Assembly (NCBI GenBank): GCA_945861415.1
Contig: CAMAUV010000001.1
Span: 45,389-109,388 of the forward strand
Reading direction: 5' to 3'
From: Akkermansia muciniphila
Lineage (GTDB): Bacteria > Verrucomicrobiota > Verrucomicrobiia > Verrucomicrobiales > V1-33
Length of the DNA stretch: 64,000 nucleotides
Shown here: positions 36,095 to 46,400 of the stretch, one piece after another
How the letters are laid out: the number at the start of each line of letters is the position of its first letter
How positions within the stretch are numbered: the stretch's first letter is position 1
Made by a program: the position numbers and the translations under genes
The notes under the pieces: generated by a model
Seen by the model: only the letters and a program-made list of their open reading frames with translations
Database searches by the model: none
Told to the model about the DNA's origin: nothing

Positions 36095-37824
36095 CCTCTG
36101 CTCCCTCCACTTCCAGTCCGGCCCCAGCGTGGTGCTTGTGGCGCAATCCCATCCTTCGCCGGTTCCTTCGCACGCGTCTGCGCCCGCGAGCCTTGGGGGC
36201 CTCGCTTCTCATTGTGCTCATCATCGCCGGGTTCATTTTTGCCATGGCCCGCACTTTAGGAAAATCACAGATGGAAACGCAGGCCTATTACGCGCGGGCT
36301 GAATTGGCCGAAGGACTTCCCGCCTCGCCCCTTCAGATGACCATGGACTCAGTGGAGCGTATGTATCTCATCCCCCTGCTGATTCTTCAAGGGTTTATCC
36401 TTTTCGTGGTGGGAACTGGACAGGTCGCCGGTGGCATGACAGCGGATGCGGATGAGGGCACCATGGACTACATGCGACTGTCTCCCATGACACCGCTGGC
36501 CAAAGTTTTGGGTTACCTCTTTGGCCTGCCCGTCCGGGAGTGGCTTATGTTTGCCGTCACCCTTCCGTTTTCGGCATGGGGAATCTGGAAAGGGGCCGTG
36601 CCTGCATCCAACTGGGTGCCGGTCTATGCTGTCGTGCTCTCTGCCGCCGTGCTCTACCATCTCACCGGTCTCACGGCCGGCACTGTATTGCGGAACCGGC
36701 GCTGGGCCTTTCTTGTTAGCATGGGCGGCGTCTTTTTGCTCTACACGCTCATCCCCCAACTCGCAAAACTGGGCCTAGTTTACTGTGAATACCTCACCAT
36801 CATGCCGGTAGTCACCGAGAACTTGTCCGGCTTTCTCCCTCTGAGTGCCGGCGCTGCGCTGAGAACGGTTCAGGAATTCGAGGCGGATGTCAGTTTTTTC
36901 GGACTCGATTTCCCCGAGGCCATATTCACCATTCTCTCCCAACTCGTGCTCTGCCTCACTTTTATTGTGATGCTGTGGCGGAGATGGAAAAAGCCGGAGT
37001 CCCATCTTCTGGGCAAGGCATGGGCGTCGGGGCTCTCAGTATGGATCCAGATTGTTCTCCTCGGCTGTGCGCTGCCGCTCATTTCCCCCGGACTGCTTTT
37101 CATTAGCCGGCGCTTTACGATGGGGGTAGGGAGAATCTACCGGAACATGGGAAACTGGGAACCGCAACTCTCCGAAGCCACCGCCATGATTATAATTTAT
37201 GGCACGGTCTCACTGCTCGGCGTGATTCTGCTGAGTCTCCTCATCGCCCCGGCAAGAGATAGCCAGATCACAGGTCTGCGGCGCGCGCAGCGACTCAGCA
37301 GTCAGCGCATTCCCCGATTCTCCGATGAGGCACCGTCGCTACCCTTTGTCTGCTTCATGTCCCTTGCCGCTGCCGCTGGCTGGACCCTGTTTGCGCGTGG
37401 TGTTATTGAATCCCACTGGTTTCCGGGCCAATTCCTGCCGTCATGGACGCCTTTCGTTTTCGGCTTGGTGATCCTTACCACCAGCGTCTGTGGCGCCCTG
37501 CTGTATGAACTGCGGGGAGCCAAAGGCATTTTCCTTGCCTTAATTCTGGCGGGTGTGCTACCGGTGCTCATCGGTTCCGTGATGGCCGCTGCCGCCCGTG
37601 AATTTTCTGTCGCCTCGGTGTGGATCACCAGTGCCTCCCCGTTTATGGCTCCAGCAAATGCCGTAACTACTGCACTGCCCGACGCGATTGGCAATCATAC
37701 GCCAATGCAGGTGGCCGGGCCGCGTGCTTTTATTTTCTGGCAGGGTCTGATGGTTTTGGCTGCCATTTGGTTGTGGCGGAAGCACCGCGCAGAGTCCCAT
37801 AGGCGGGCGGAGGCAGGGGATTAA
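36091..37824 (+). CDS. multi-pass membrane protein, putative ABC permease partner
   Basis: 577-aa ORF with many hydrophobic segments. It is translationally coupled (ATGA at 36091-36094) to the ATPase. Confidence 0.7.
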   Translation: MTSAPSTSSPAPAWCLWRNPILRRFLRTRLRPRALGASLLIVLIIAGFIFAMARTLGKSQMETQAYYARAELAEGLPASPLQMTMDSVERMYLIPLLILQGFILFVVGTGQVAGGMTADADEGTMDYMRLSPMTPLAKVLGYLFGLPVREWLMFAVTLPFSAWGIWKGAVPASNWVPVYAVVLSAAVLYHLTGLTAGTVLRNRRWAFLVSMGGVFLLYTLIPQLAKLGLVYCEYLTIMPVVTENLSGFLPLSAGAALRTVQEFEADVSFFGLDFPEAIFTILSQLVLCLTFIVMLWRRWKKPESHLLGKAWASGLSVWIQIVLLGCALPLISPGLLFISRRFTMGVGRIYRNMGNWEPQLSEATAMIIIYGTVSLLGVILLSLLIAPARDSQITGLRRAQRLSSQRIPRFSDEAPSLPFVCFMSLAAAAGWTLFARGVIESHWFPGQFLPSWTPFVFGLVILTTSVCGALLYELRGAKGIFLALILAGVLPVLIGSVMAAAAREFSVASVWITSASPFMAPANAVTTALPDAIGNHTPMQVAGPRAFIFWQGLMVLAAIWLWRKHRAESHRRAEAGD

Positions 37825-37858
37825 TCGACATCGCCGATTGCTTTAGCAGACGGCGCGT

Positions 37859-38809
37859 TCAGTTCACCACATTCACCGGCTCTCCGGCGAGAAAGGCGCG
37901 GATGTTTTCCTCCACCGTTTGCAGAAGGCGCTGGCGCGAGGCTTTGGGTGCCCATGCAATGTGCGGGGTCACTAGGCAGTTCGGCGCAGTGAGCAGCGGA
38001 TTGTCCGCAGCGGGAGGTTCCGTGGAGAGCACATCGACGGCGGCTCCCGCCAGTGTCCCCGCACGGAGCGCTACAGCGAGTTCGGCCTCAATGATGAGCG
38101 GCCCCCGACCCGTGTTGATGAGAAATGCGCCGGGCTTCATCGTCGCGAGGCGTGCGGAGTTCACGAGGCCCTGCGTATCCGGCGTCAGCGGACAGTGCAG
38201 GCTCACGGCATCAGCGCGGCGGAAAAGTTCGTCCGTGCCGACAAACTCCACACCTTCTTCCGCCGCCCGCGGCGTGCGGGTGGCGGCGATGACCTTCATG
38301 CCAAACGCCTGCGCGATCCGCGCCACTGCACGACCGATGGCACCATACCCAACGATGCCCATGGTCAGCCCCGCCAGCTCCACCAGCGGCGTGCGCCAGT
38401 AGCACCAATCGGGAGATTGCGCCCAGTCCCCTGCCTTCGCGCTCGCAGTGTGAAGTCCGGTCTGCTGCGTGAGTTCCAGCAGCAGTGCGAAGACATGCTG
38501 CGCCACCGCCGTGGTGCCGTAGCCAGGAACATTCGTCACCGGAATCCCGCGTTCCCTTGCCGCCGCTGTATCCACCACGTTGTAGCCCGTCGCCAGCACC
38601 CCGATGTATTTCAACTCCGGCAGCGCGGCGATCGTCTCGCGCGTTAACGCTACCTTGTTCGTCAGTAAAATCTCTGCCCCCGCGGCCCGCTCCACGATGA
38701 GTTCGCGCGGCGTGCGGTCATGCACCGTGAGACCTCCCAAAGCGGAAAGCCATTCCCACGAGAGGTCCCCGGGATTCAGTGTGTAGCTATCAAGTATAGT
38801 GATATTCAT
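37859..38809 (-). CDS. D-2-hydroxyacid dehydrogenase (glycerate dehydrogenase/hydroxypyruvate reductase type)
   Basis: The NAD loop is GIVGYGAIGRAVA. The catalytic-domain pattern runs ...NTGRGPLI... to ...TPHIAW. Confidence 0.85.
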   Translation of the reverse strand: MNITILDSYTLNPGDLSWEWLSALGGLTVHDRTPRELIVERAAGAEILLTNKVALTRETIAALPELKYIGVLATGYNVVDTAAARERGIPVTNVPGYGTTAVAQHVFALLLELTQQTGLHTASAKAGDWAQSPDWCYWRTPLVELAGLTMGIVGYGAIGRAVARIAQAFGMKVIAATRTPRAAEEGVEFVGTDELFRRADAVSLHCPLTPDTQGLVNSARLATMKPGAFLINTGRGPLIIEAELAVALRAGTLAGAAVDVLSTEPPAADNPLLTAPNCLVTPHIAWAPKASRQRLLQTVEENIRAFLAGEPVNVVN

Positions 38810-38872
38810 AAATTCGTTATTTTAGCGCGAAGCAGCAGCCCAGATTTCATACTTCGCACTTCATAATTTGTC

Positions 38873-39118
38873 CTACCCTCCCTGCACAGGGGGCATGACT
38901 GCTACTTCAGCACCCGGGGGAATGACTTCCTGCCGCCGGGCATAGCTCAAATTCACCGCTACCATCAGGCTGGCGTCCCAGTCACGCAGCGCCGGCCATT
39001 TTTGAAAAAGCGCCTCCAGAAAGTCCTGCACGCTACACTTTTCCGGTAGGGGAAACTCATGCGGACCACTGCCGGCGATGTCTGTCAGAAGACCAAAGAA
39101 AAGCACCCGCACACTCAT
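38873..39118 (-). CDS. moaD: MoaD/ThiS-family sulfur-carrier protein
   Basis: This 81-aa ORF starts VRVLFFGLLTDIAG and ends EVAVMPPVQGG, giving a C-terminal Gly-Gly. Confidence 0.8.
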   Translation of the reverse strand: MSVRVLFFGLLTDIAGSGPHEFPLPEKCSVQDFLEALFQKWPALRDWDASLMVAVNLSYARRQEVIPPGAEVAVMPPVQGG

Positions 39119-39657
39119 GACTGATAGGCCTCCGGTTTGAGCACGCCGATGTAAGGCAGGTTACGGTAGCGCCCCCGATAATCGAGCCCATAGCCCACAA
39201 CGAACTCGTCATTAATGTCGAACCCCACATAGTCCGCCTCAACCACGCAGGCCCGCTGCTTGCGCTTACGCAGCAGCACACAGATGCGCACACTGGCTGG
39301 GCGGCACTCCGCTTCAAATCTCCCACGGATCGCATGCAGCGTGCGCCCACTGTCAAGGATGTCATCCAGCAGAATGACATGGCGGCCATTTAGGTCCGGT
39401 AAGCGCGTTTGATTGAATGTCACCGTACCTGTGCTCTCGGTTCCTCCGTGGTAGCTGGAAACGGAGAGGCTCTCGATTTGCAGCGGCAATTGCACCCGGC
39501 GCAGCAGGTCCGCCATGAGGATCAGCCCGCCCTGCAGAATCGCCACCACCGTCAGTTCCTTGCCGCGGTAGTCGCGCATGATGTCGCGCGCCATGCCGTC
39601 CAATCGGCTGAGGATGGTGGTTTCGTGATGGAGAACGCATTCGATATCGTCATTCAT
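39115..39657 (-). CDS. hpt: hypoxanthine phosphoribosyltransferase
   Basis: The PRPP loop is VILLDDILDSGRTL, preceded by LTVVAILQGGLILMADLLR. The ATG at 39657 is preferred over 39708. Confidence 0.9.
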   Translation of the reverse strand: MNDDIECVLHHETTILSRLDGMARDIMRDYRGKELTVVAILQGGLILMADLLRRVQLPLQIESLSVSSYHGGTESTGTVTFNQTRLPDLNGRHVILLDDILDSGRTLHAIRGRFEAECRPASVRICVLLRKRKQRACVVEADYVGFDINDEFVVGYGLDYRGRYRNLPYIGVLKPEAYQS

Positions 39658-39743
39658 AAGTGGCGGAAATTTTCCCTGGCAGGCAAGGCGGTGCTGGAGC
39701 GTATGCACTTCATTCCCCCGCTGCCCACAGAAAACTTTACTCC

Positions 39744-40382
39744 ATGCACGACCTCGCCAGCCTCCGCCAGGATTACACCCTCCACAGCCTCGATGCCGCT
39801 GATGTGGATCCCGATCCTTTCCGCCAATTTCACCTCTGGTTTGGCGAGGCCAAGGCCGCAGAAATCGACGAACCCAATGCCATGAGCGTGGCCACCGTCG
39901 GTGCAGATGGACAACCCAGTTGCCGCACAGTCCTGCTCAAGGGACTGGACGACCGCGGCTTTACTTTTTTCACCAACTACGCCAGCCGCAAAGGCCATGA
40001 ACTGGCCGAAAACCCGCGCGCCGCCATCACCTTCCTCTGGAAGGAACTCCAGCGTCAGGTGCAGGTGCGCGGCCGCATTGAAAAAACTACCTTCGAGGAG
40101 AGTGCCGCCTACTTCGCCGTGCGTCCCTATGGCAGCCAGATTGGGGCACATGCTAGCGCCCAGAGCAGTGTCATTGCCACCCGTGCTGAACTCGAAATCC
40201 GCTTTACAGAATTGCAGGTGCGCTACCCCGAGGGCACCGTCCCCCTGCCGGATAAATGGGGCGGCTACCGCCTTGTGCCGGAAGTCATCGAATTCTGGCA
40301 GGGCCGCCCCTCCCGCCTGCACGACCGCATCTGCTACACCCGGACAGGTGCAGGCTGGCGCATTGAGCGGCTGTGCCCGTGA
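39744..40382 (+). CDS. pdxH: pyridoxamine 5'-phosphate oxidase
   Basis: The protein reads LRQDY...DPF.QF..WF...[23 protein letters not shown]...[10 protein letters not shown] and has the C-terminal [14 protein letters not shown]. The ATG is at 39744. Confidence 0.9.
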   Translation: MHDLASLRQDYTLHSLDAADVDPDPFRQFHLWFGEAKAAEIDEPNAMSVATVGADGQPSCRTVLLKGLDDRGFTFFTNYASRKGHELAENPRAAITFLWKELQRQVQVRGRIEKTTFEESAAYFAVRPYGSQIGAHASAQSSVIATRAELEIRFTELQVRYPEGTVPLPDKWGGYRLVPEVIEFWQGRPSRLHDRICYTRTGAGWRIERLCP

Positions 40383-40498
40383 TGTATCCGGGCCAATACA
40401 CGGCGGCAGAATCCGTCGGGAGTGGGTCGTAGTGACACCTTACATCTTCTTTACAAACTCCCTTAGGCAAAGCGCGCGGAGACAGTTATGATGAAGGT

Positions 40499-43400
40499 AT
40501 GAACACGCGTTATCTCTTGCTCCTCTTGTCTTTTTTTGCGGCCCTGATGCCCATGAAATCGGACGCCGCCACGCTCGAGGAACGCCGCGCCGCTGGCGAT
40601 AAGGCGATGACAGACGGGAATTGGAGCGATGCCCTAAAGGTGTGGCGCGAAACCCTCCTTCTGCCGGAGCATGTCGGCGAAAACCTCGCCTCAGACCTCA
40701 GCAAGGCGGTTCAATGCGTGCAGCAACTCAACAAATGGGAACTCTGGGACGCCGTGGTGGAAGACACGGTGAAAGCCCACGCGCAAGACTGGCGCTTGCT
40801 CCAGGCCGCGGCGGTCCATTTCCAAAGCACACAGTCAGGGGGCACCATCATCAGCGGTGAATTCCAGCGCGGGCAGCAAGCCGGAGGGAAGCTTGTGAGC
40901 AGCGAGGACCGCGACCGCGTGCGCAGCCTCCAGCTATTCGAGCAGGCCGTGAAATCCGTGGAGACAGCGGATGAGAAGCCGGAGGTGAAGGCCGGCTTCT
41001 ACGCTCAGGTCGTGCAATCCATTATCCAGCGCGCCGGCTGGGAACTCCAAGCACTCACTGACCTGACAAAGCTGCCGGACTACGAAGAAAATCAGCACGG
41101 CCAATTCGGCCGCGGTCGCTGGCGCGGGCATCATTCCTACGGCGGCGACCGGGGCGCTCCAGTGGATGAAAAAGGCGAGCCTGTCTTTTACAAGGCGCCT
41201 GAGTCATGGGCCACAGCGAAGTCCGATGGCGAGCGCTTCCGTTGGCTGCTCGTGCAGCAGGCAAAACAGGGCGCGAAGCACTTGCTGCAAGCGGACATTA
41301 CCTTCGCGCGCTGGCTGCGAGGACAGTTCGACGTGCAGACCATCGCCCAATACTGGCGTGCGCCGGAGAATGAGGACAACGCCCGTCAGGACGGCATCCT
41401 GACGCTGCACACGCTCAAGGAAACCGAGACCATCGCTCGACTCGCCACCGGCGTGAAGCGGTTCACGCTGGCGGATGAGTTCAACTTCATTTTCATTATA
41501 GAGCGCGTCTTTAAAAGCGATCCCGGTCTCGGCCTCGCCAACGATGTCGTGGAAGAATTCGCAGACCTCTTCCGCAATCGCCGCCAATATGATCGCGCTG
41601 CGGCCATTTATGTTGAAGCTTTGGAGCGCCTCAGTCAGCACGCGGACGTGAACGTGAAGGAAAGCTGGCAGGCTCAGCTTAATCAGATCGTCAAGAACTG
41701 GGCTCGCTTCGACGGCTCCTCCACCCAACTCCCCGGCACCGGCGCGAAACTTGGCTTCGTCTTCCGCAACGGCACCCAAGTCTCGCTAGTTGCGCGGAAG
41801 GTGAAATTCGCTGAACTGCTGGTTGACGTGAAGGCATACCTGAAATCGAATCCGGAAAACCTCGACTGGGAGAAGGTTAACATCGGCAATATTGGCTACC
41901 AGATCGTGGAGAAGAACATGGCGAAGTATCTCGGCGCATCGGTGGCGCAGTGGGAACTCGACCTTGAGCCCCGCAAAGCGCACTGGGACCGCCGCATTGA
42001 CATCACCACGCCCCTGCAGACCGCCGGCGCTTACTTTGTCGAAGCTGCGCTCAAGGACGGCAACAAAGTCGGATGCATCGTGTGGATCACGGACACCGCC
42101 ATCGTTTCCAAACAGGGCACCGATGAGCAGCAATATTTCGTGGTGGATGCGAAAACCGGTGCGCCGGTGGCGAAGGCAAACATGGAGTTCTTCGGCTACT
42201 ACCAGCAGCAGCTTGACAATAAGCAGCGCGCCGGAAAGCGCTACGCCAACATCATCACCCGAAACTTCGCGGAGTTCACCGACGCCAGTGGCCAACTCTT
42301 CGCCGGCACCAAACTGCTCAAAGACATACAGAATAACCACCAGTGGCTCATCACCGCCACCACGCCGGAGGGGCGCTTCGCGCATCTCGGATTTCAAGGC
42401 GTCTGGTTTAGCGGCCGGCAGCAGCAGGAGTGGGCGCAGCGGAAGATTCATCTCATCACCGACCGGCCCGTCTATCGCCCGGGGCAGGAGGTGAAATGGA
42501 AAGCTTGGGCGCGGTTGGCGAAGTACGACTCGCCCGAGGACAAGTCGGAGTTCGCAAAGCAGACATTTACTGCCCGCATCTACAATCCGAAGAACGAAAA
42601 AGTCTTCGAAAAAGAATACACCAGCGACCAGTGGGGCGGTCTCGCCGATGCCCTGAAGCTCGAAGACGGCGCTACGCTTGGCGTCTATCGACTCGAATTC
42701 AACGGACCTGAGGACTTCATCCAGCAGGGCAGCTTCCGCGTCGAGGAATATAAAAAGCCAGAGTTTGAGGTGAAGGTGGACGCGCCCACCGATCCTGTGA
42801 TGCTCGGCGAGAAGGTTACAGCGAAGATGACGGCTACCTATTACTTCGGCGCGCCGGTGGTGAACGCGAAGGTGAAATACAAAGTGCAGCGCAGCGCCCA
42901 CACCGCGCGATGGTATCCAAAACGTGCGTGGGACTGGTTCTACGGCCCTGGCTACTGGTGGTTCGGCTACGACTACGACTGGTATCCCGGTTTCCGCGTG
43001 TGGGGCTGCCTAGCGCCCACCTGGTGGTGGTGGCCACAGCGAAACGATCCGCCGGAGTTGGTCATGGAAAGCGAAGGTGCCATCGGCCCAGACGGCAAGC
43101 TGGAGATCGCCATAGACACTTCATTGGCCAAAGAACTCCACGGGGACGAGGACCACCGCTACGAAATCAGCGTGGAAGTCACCGACGAAAGCCGCCGCAC
43201 CATCCTTGGCAGCGGTCAGGTGCTCGTGGCGCGTCGGCCTTTCTCAGTCAACACATGGGCGGACCGCGGACACTACGAAATCGGCAACCCGATCGAGATC
43301 GGCGTGCGTGCCATGACGCTCGACCAGAAAGGCGTGAAAGGCATGGGCCGCGCTTCTCTTCTTAAACTCAGCTACAACGAGAAAGGCGAGCCGCAGGAGA

Positions 43401-46400
43401 AGGAAGTCATAGGCAAGGATATCACTACGAACGACGACGGCATGGCAACAGTCAAATTCAGCGCCACCGAATCCGGCCAGTATCGCCTTTCCGCCAAGGT
43501 GAAGGACGCCAAGGGTCGCGAACAGGAGGGCGGCGTGCTCTTTGTCATCCGCGGCGGCGCGAATGATGGGCGCGACTACCGCTTCGCGCAGATCGAACTC
43601 GTCCCGGAGAAGGCCGAATACGCGCCCGGCGAGGAAGTGAAACTGCTTATCAACACCGAGCGCGCCGACAGTCACGTCTTTTTGTACATCAAGCCCAGCG
43701 CCGGCATCGCGCCACGCCCGCAACTGATCAAAGTCGCCGGAAAGAGCAGCACGCAGAAGATCACTGTGGCGCTGGGTGACATGCCGAACTTCTTCTTCGA
43801 GGCCTTCACTGTCTGCGACGGCAAGGTCCACTCCGCCATGCGTGAGATTGCGGTGCCACCGGCTAGGCGAGTGCTCAACATGGAAGTCCTAGCCAACGCT
43901 GAACGCTACCGGCCGCGCGACAAGGCGAAGGTGAAAATCAAACTCACCGACACCAACGGCAAAGCCTTCATCGGCAGCACCGTCGTCACCGTCTATGATA
44001 AGTCGCTCGAATACATCTCCGGCGGCTCCAACGTCCCGAAGATCGCCGACTACTTCTGGAAATGGCGACGGCAGCACAATCAGAGCAGCCAGTCGAATCT
44101 CGGGGCGGGGTTCGGATCGCTGAACATCCCGTCCGACAAGCCCGGCTGGCAGGCGCTGGGGATGTTTGGCGACATGGTGCAGGACATGGGAGAGCCTTTC
44201 GCATTCGGTGATGGTCGCGGGGGCGGCGTCGGCCGGAGTAAAGAGTACAGCGGCGGTCTCGGTAGGGAGCCCCGCTCTGCAATGAAGCTTATGCTCGCCG
44301 ACGCACCAATGGCAACGGCAGCGGCAGCGCCCGCGCCTATGGCCGAAAAAGCGGAGGCCGATCCCCTTCAAGCCAACCAAGCCGTCAGTCTAGGAGCCCC
44401 TTCAGAAGGCGGAGGGAGCGCGCAACCCGTGATGATCCGCAGCGACTTCGCCGACAGCGCGTTCTGGACACAGTCCCTCGAAACGAACTCCGATGGCCTT
44501 GCTGAAATCGAAGTCCCGCTGCCGGACAACCTGACGACATGGAAGATCAAAGCCTGGGCCATGGGCCACGGCACGAAAGTCGGCGAAGCCGAAGCCGAGA
44601 TCATCACCAGCAAGGACCTCATCATCCGCCTCCAGGCGCCGCGCTTCTTTGTGGAAAAGGACGAAGTCACACTCAGCGCCAATGTTCACAACTACCTCGA
44701 CGGGAAGAAGGAAGTGAAGGTCTCGCTCGAACTGGAAGGAGCCTGTCTCGAACCCCTCGCCGCGCAGGAACTGACAAAAACGATCAGCCTCGAAAGCAAA
44801 AAGGAGCAGCGCGTGGACTGGCGCGTGAAAGCCGCCAAGGAAGGCACCGCCGTGGTCCGCATGAAGGCGATCACGGATTCCGACAGCGACGCCATGGAGA
44901 TGAAATTCCCCGTGCATGTGCACGGCATGTTGAAGACCGAAAGCTGGAGCACCGCCATTCGCCCGGATGACGAGGAGGCAAAAATCGCCTTCACCGTTCC
45001 CAACGAGCGCCGCCCGGATCAGTCGCGTCTGGAGGTGCGCTACTCGCCCAGCCTCGCCACCGCCATGGTGGATGCCCTGCCCTATCTCGTGGACTATCCC
45101 TACGATTGCACCGAGCAGACGCTGAATCGCTTCGTCCCCGCCGTTATCGCCCGGAAAGTGCTCATTGATATGGGAGTGGACCTTGCCGCCGTGAAGGAGA
45201 AGCGCACCAACCTCAACGCCCAGGAGATCGGCGATCCGCAGAAGCGCGCCGCGCAGTGGAAGGAACTCCGCTGGTCCGACAAGAACCCCGTCTTCGATGA
45301 CGCCGAGCACAAGATGATCGTGAAGGTCGGCCTCGAGCGCATCACGAGCATGCAGAACCGCGACGGCGGCTGGGGATGGTTCAGCGGCGACCGCGAGTAT
45401 TCGTATCCGCACACCACCGCGGTCGTTGTTCACGGACTCCAGGTCGCCAAAGCCGCGGACCTCGCCATCGTGCCCGGCGTGCTGGAGAATGGCGTCGCCT
45501 GGCTCAGCGGCTACGAAGCGAAGGAAGTGAGCCGCATTCAACGCTGGCGGGAAAAGGACACGCCCGCCGATTCCAAAAAGCAGGCCGACAACACCGACGC
45601 CCTCGTCCGCATGATCCTCGCCGACGCCGGAGTGAAGAACGACACGATGACCGACTTCCTCTATCGCGACCGCAACGACCTCAGCGTTTATGCGAAGTGC
45701 GTTTTCGGCCTCGCGCTCGACACCGAAAAGAACACCGAAAAGCGCGACATGCTCCTGCAAAACATCGAGCAGTTCCTGGTCAAAGACGACGAAAACCAAA
45801 CCGCCCGTCTCGACCTGCGCAATGGCGGCTACTGGTGGTGGTGGTACGGCAGCGAGATCGAAGCCCACGCCTTTTACCTGAAACTCCTCGCCCGCGTGAA
45901 ACCCAAGAGCGCCGAAGCCTCCGGCCTCGTGAAATTTCTGCTCAACAACCGCAAGAACAGCACCTGGTGGAACAGCACCCGCGACACTGCCTACTGCATC
46001 GAAGCGATGGCGGACTATATAGCAGCCACCGGCGAGAACACGCCCGACATGACCGTCGCCATCCTCGTGGACGGCCAGGAAAAGAAGTCCGTCAAAATCA
46101 CCAAAGACAACCTCTTCAGCTTCGACGGCACCCTCCTCATGGAAGGCACCGCCGTCACCGCTGGAAAACACGAGATCACCATTCGCCGCACCGGCGGCGG
46201 CCCGGTCTATGCCAACGTCTATTCTACCAACTTCACGCTCGAAGACCGCATCACCAAAGCCGGCCTCGAAGTGAAAGTGGACCGCGCCTACTTCAAACTC
46301 GTCGAGCGCAAAGACGCCACCGCCCTCGTCAGCGGCGCGAGAGGTCAGGCCATTGATCAGAAAGTCCTCAAATACGACCGCGTCCCCATCAAAGACGGCG

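Noticed and set aside
41786-42901. A 371-aa minus-strand ORF opposite the N-terminal part of the A2M gene
   Set aside because: It is an antisense shadow with no recognisable motifs, and the sense frame carries conserved MG-type sequence.
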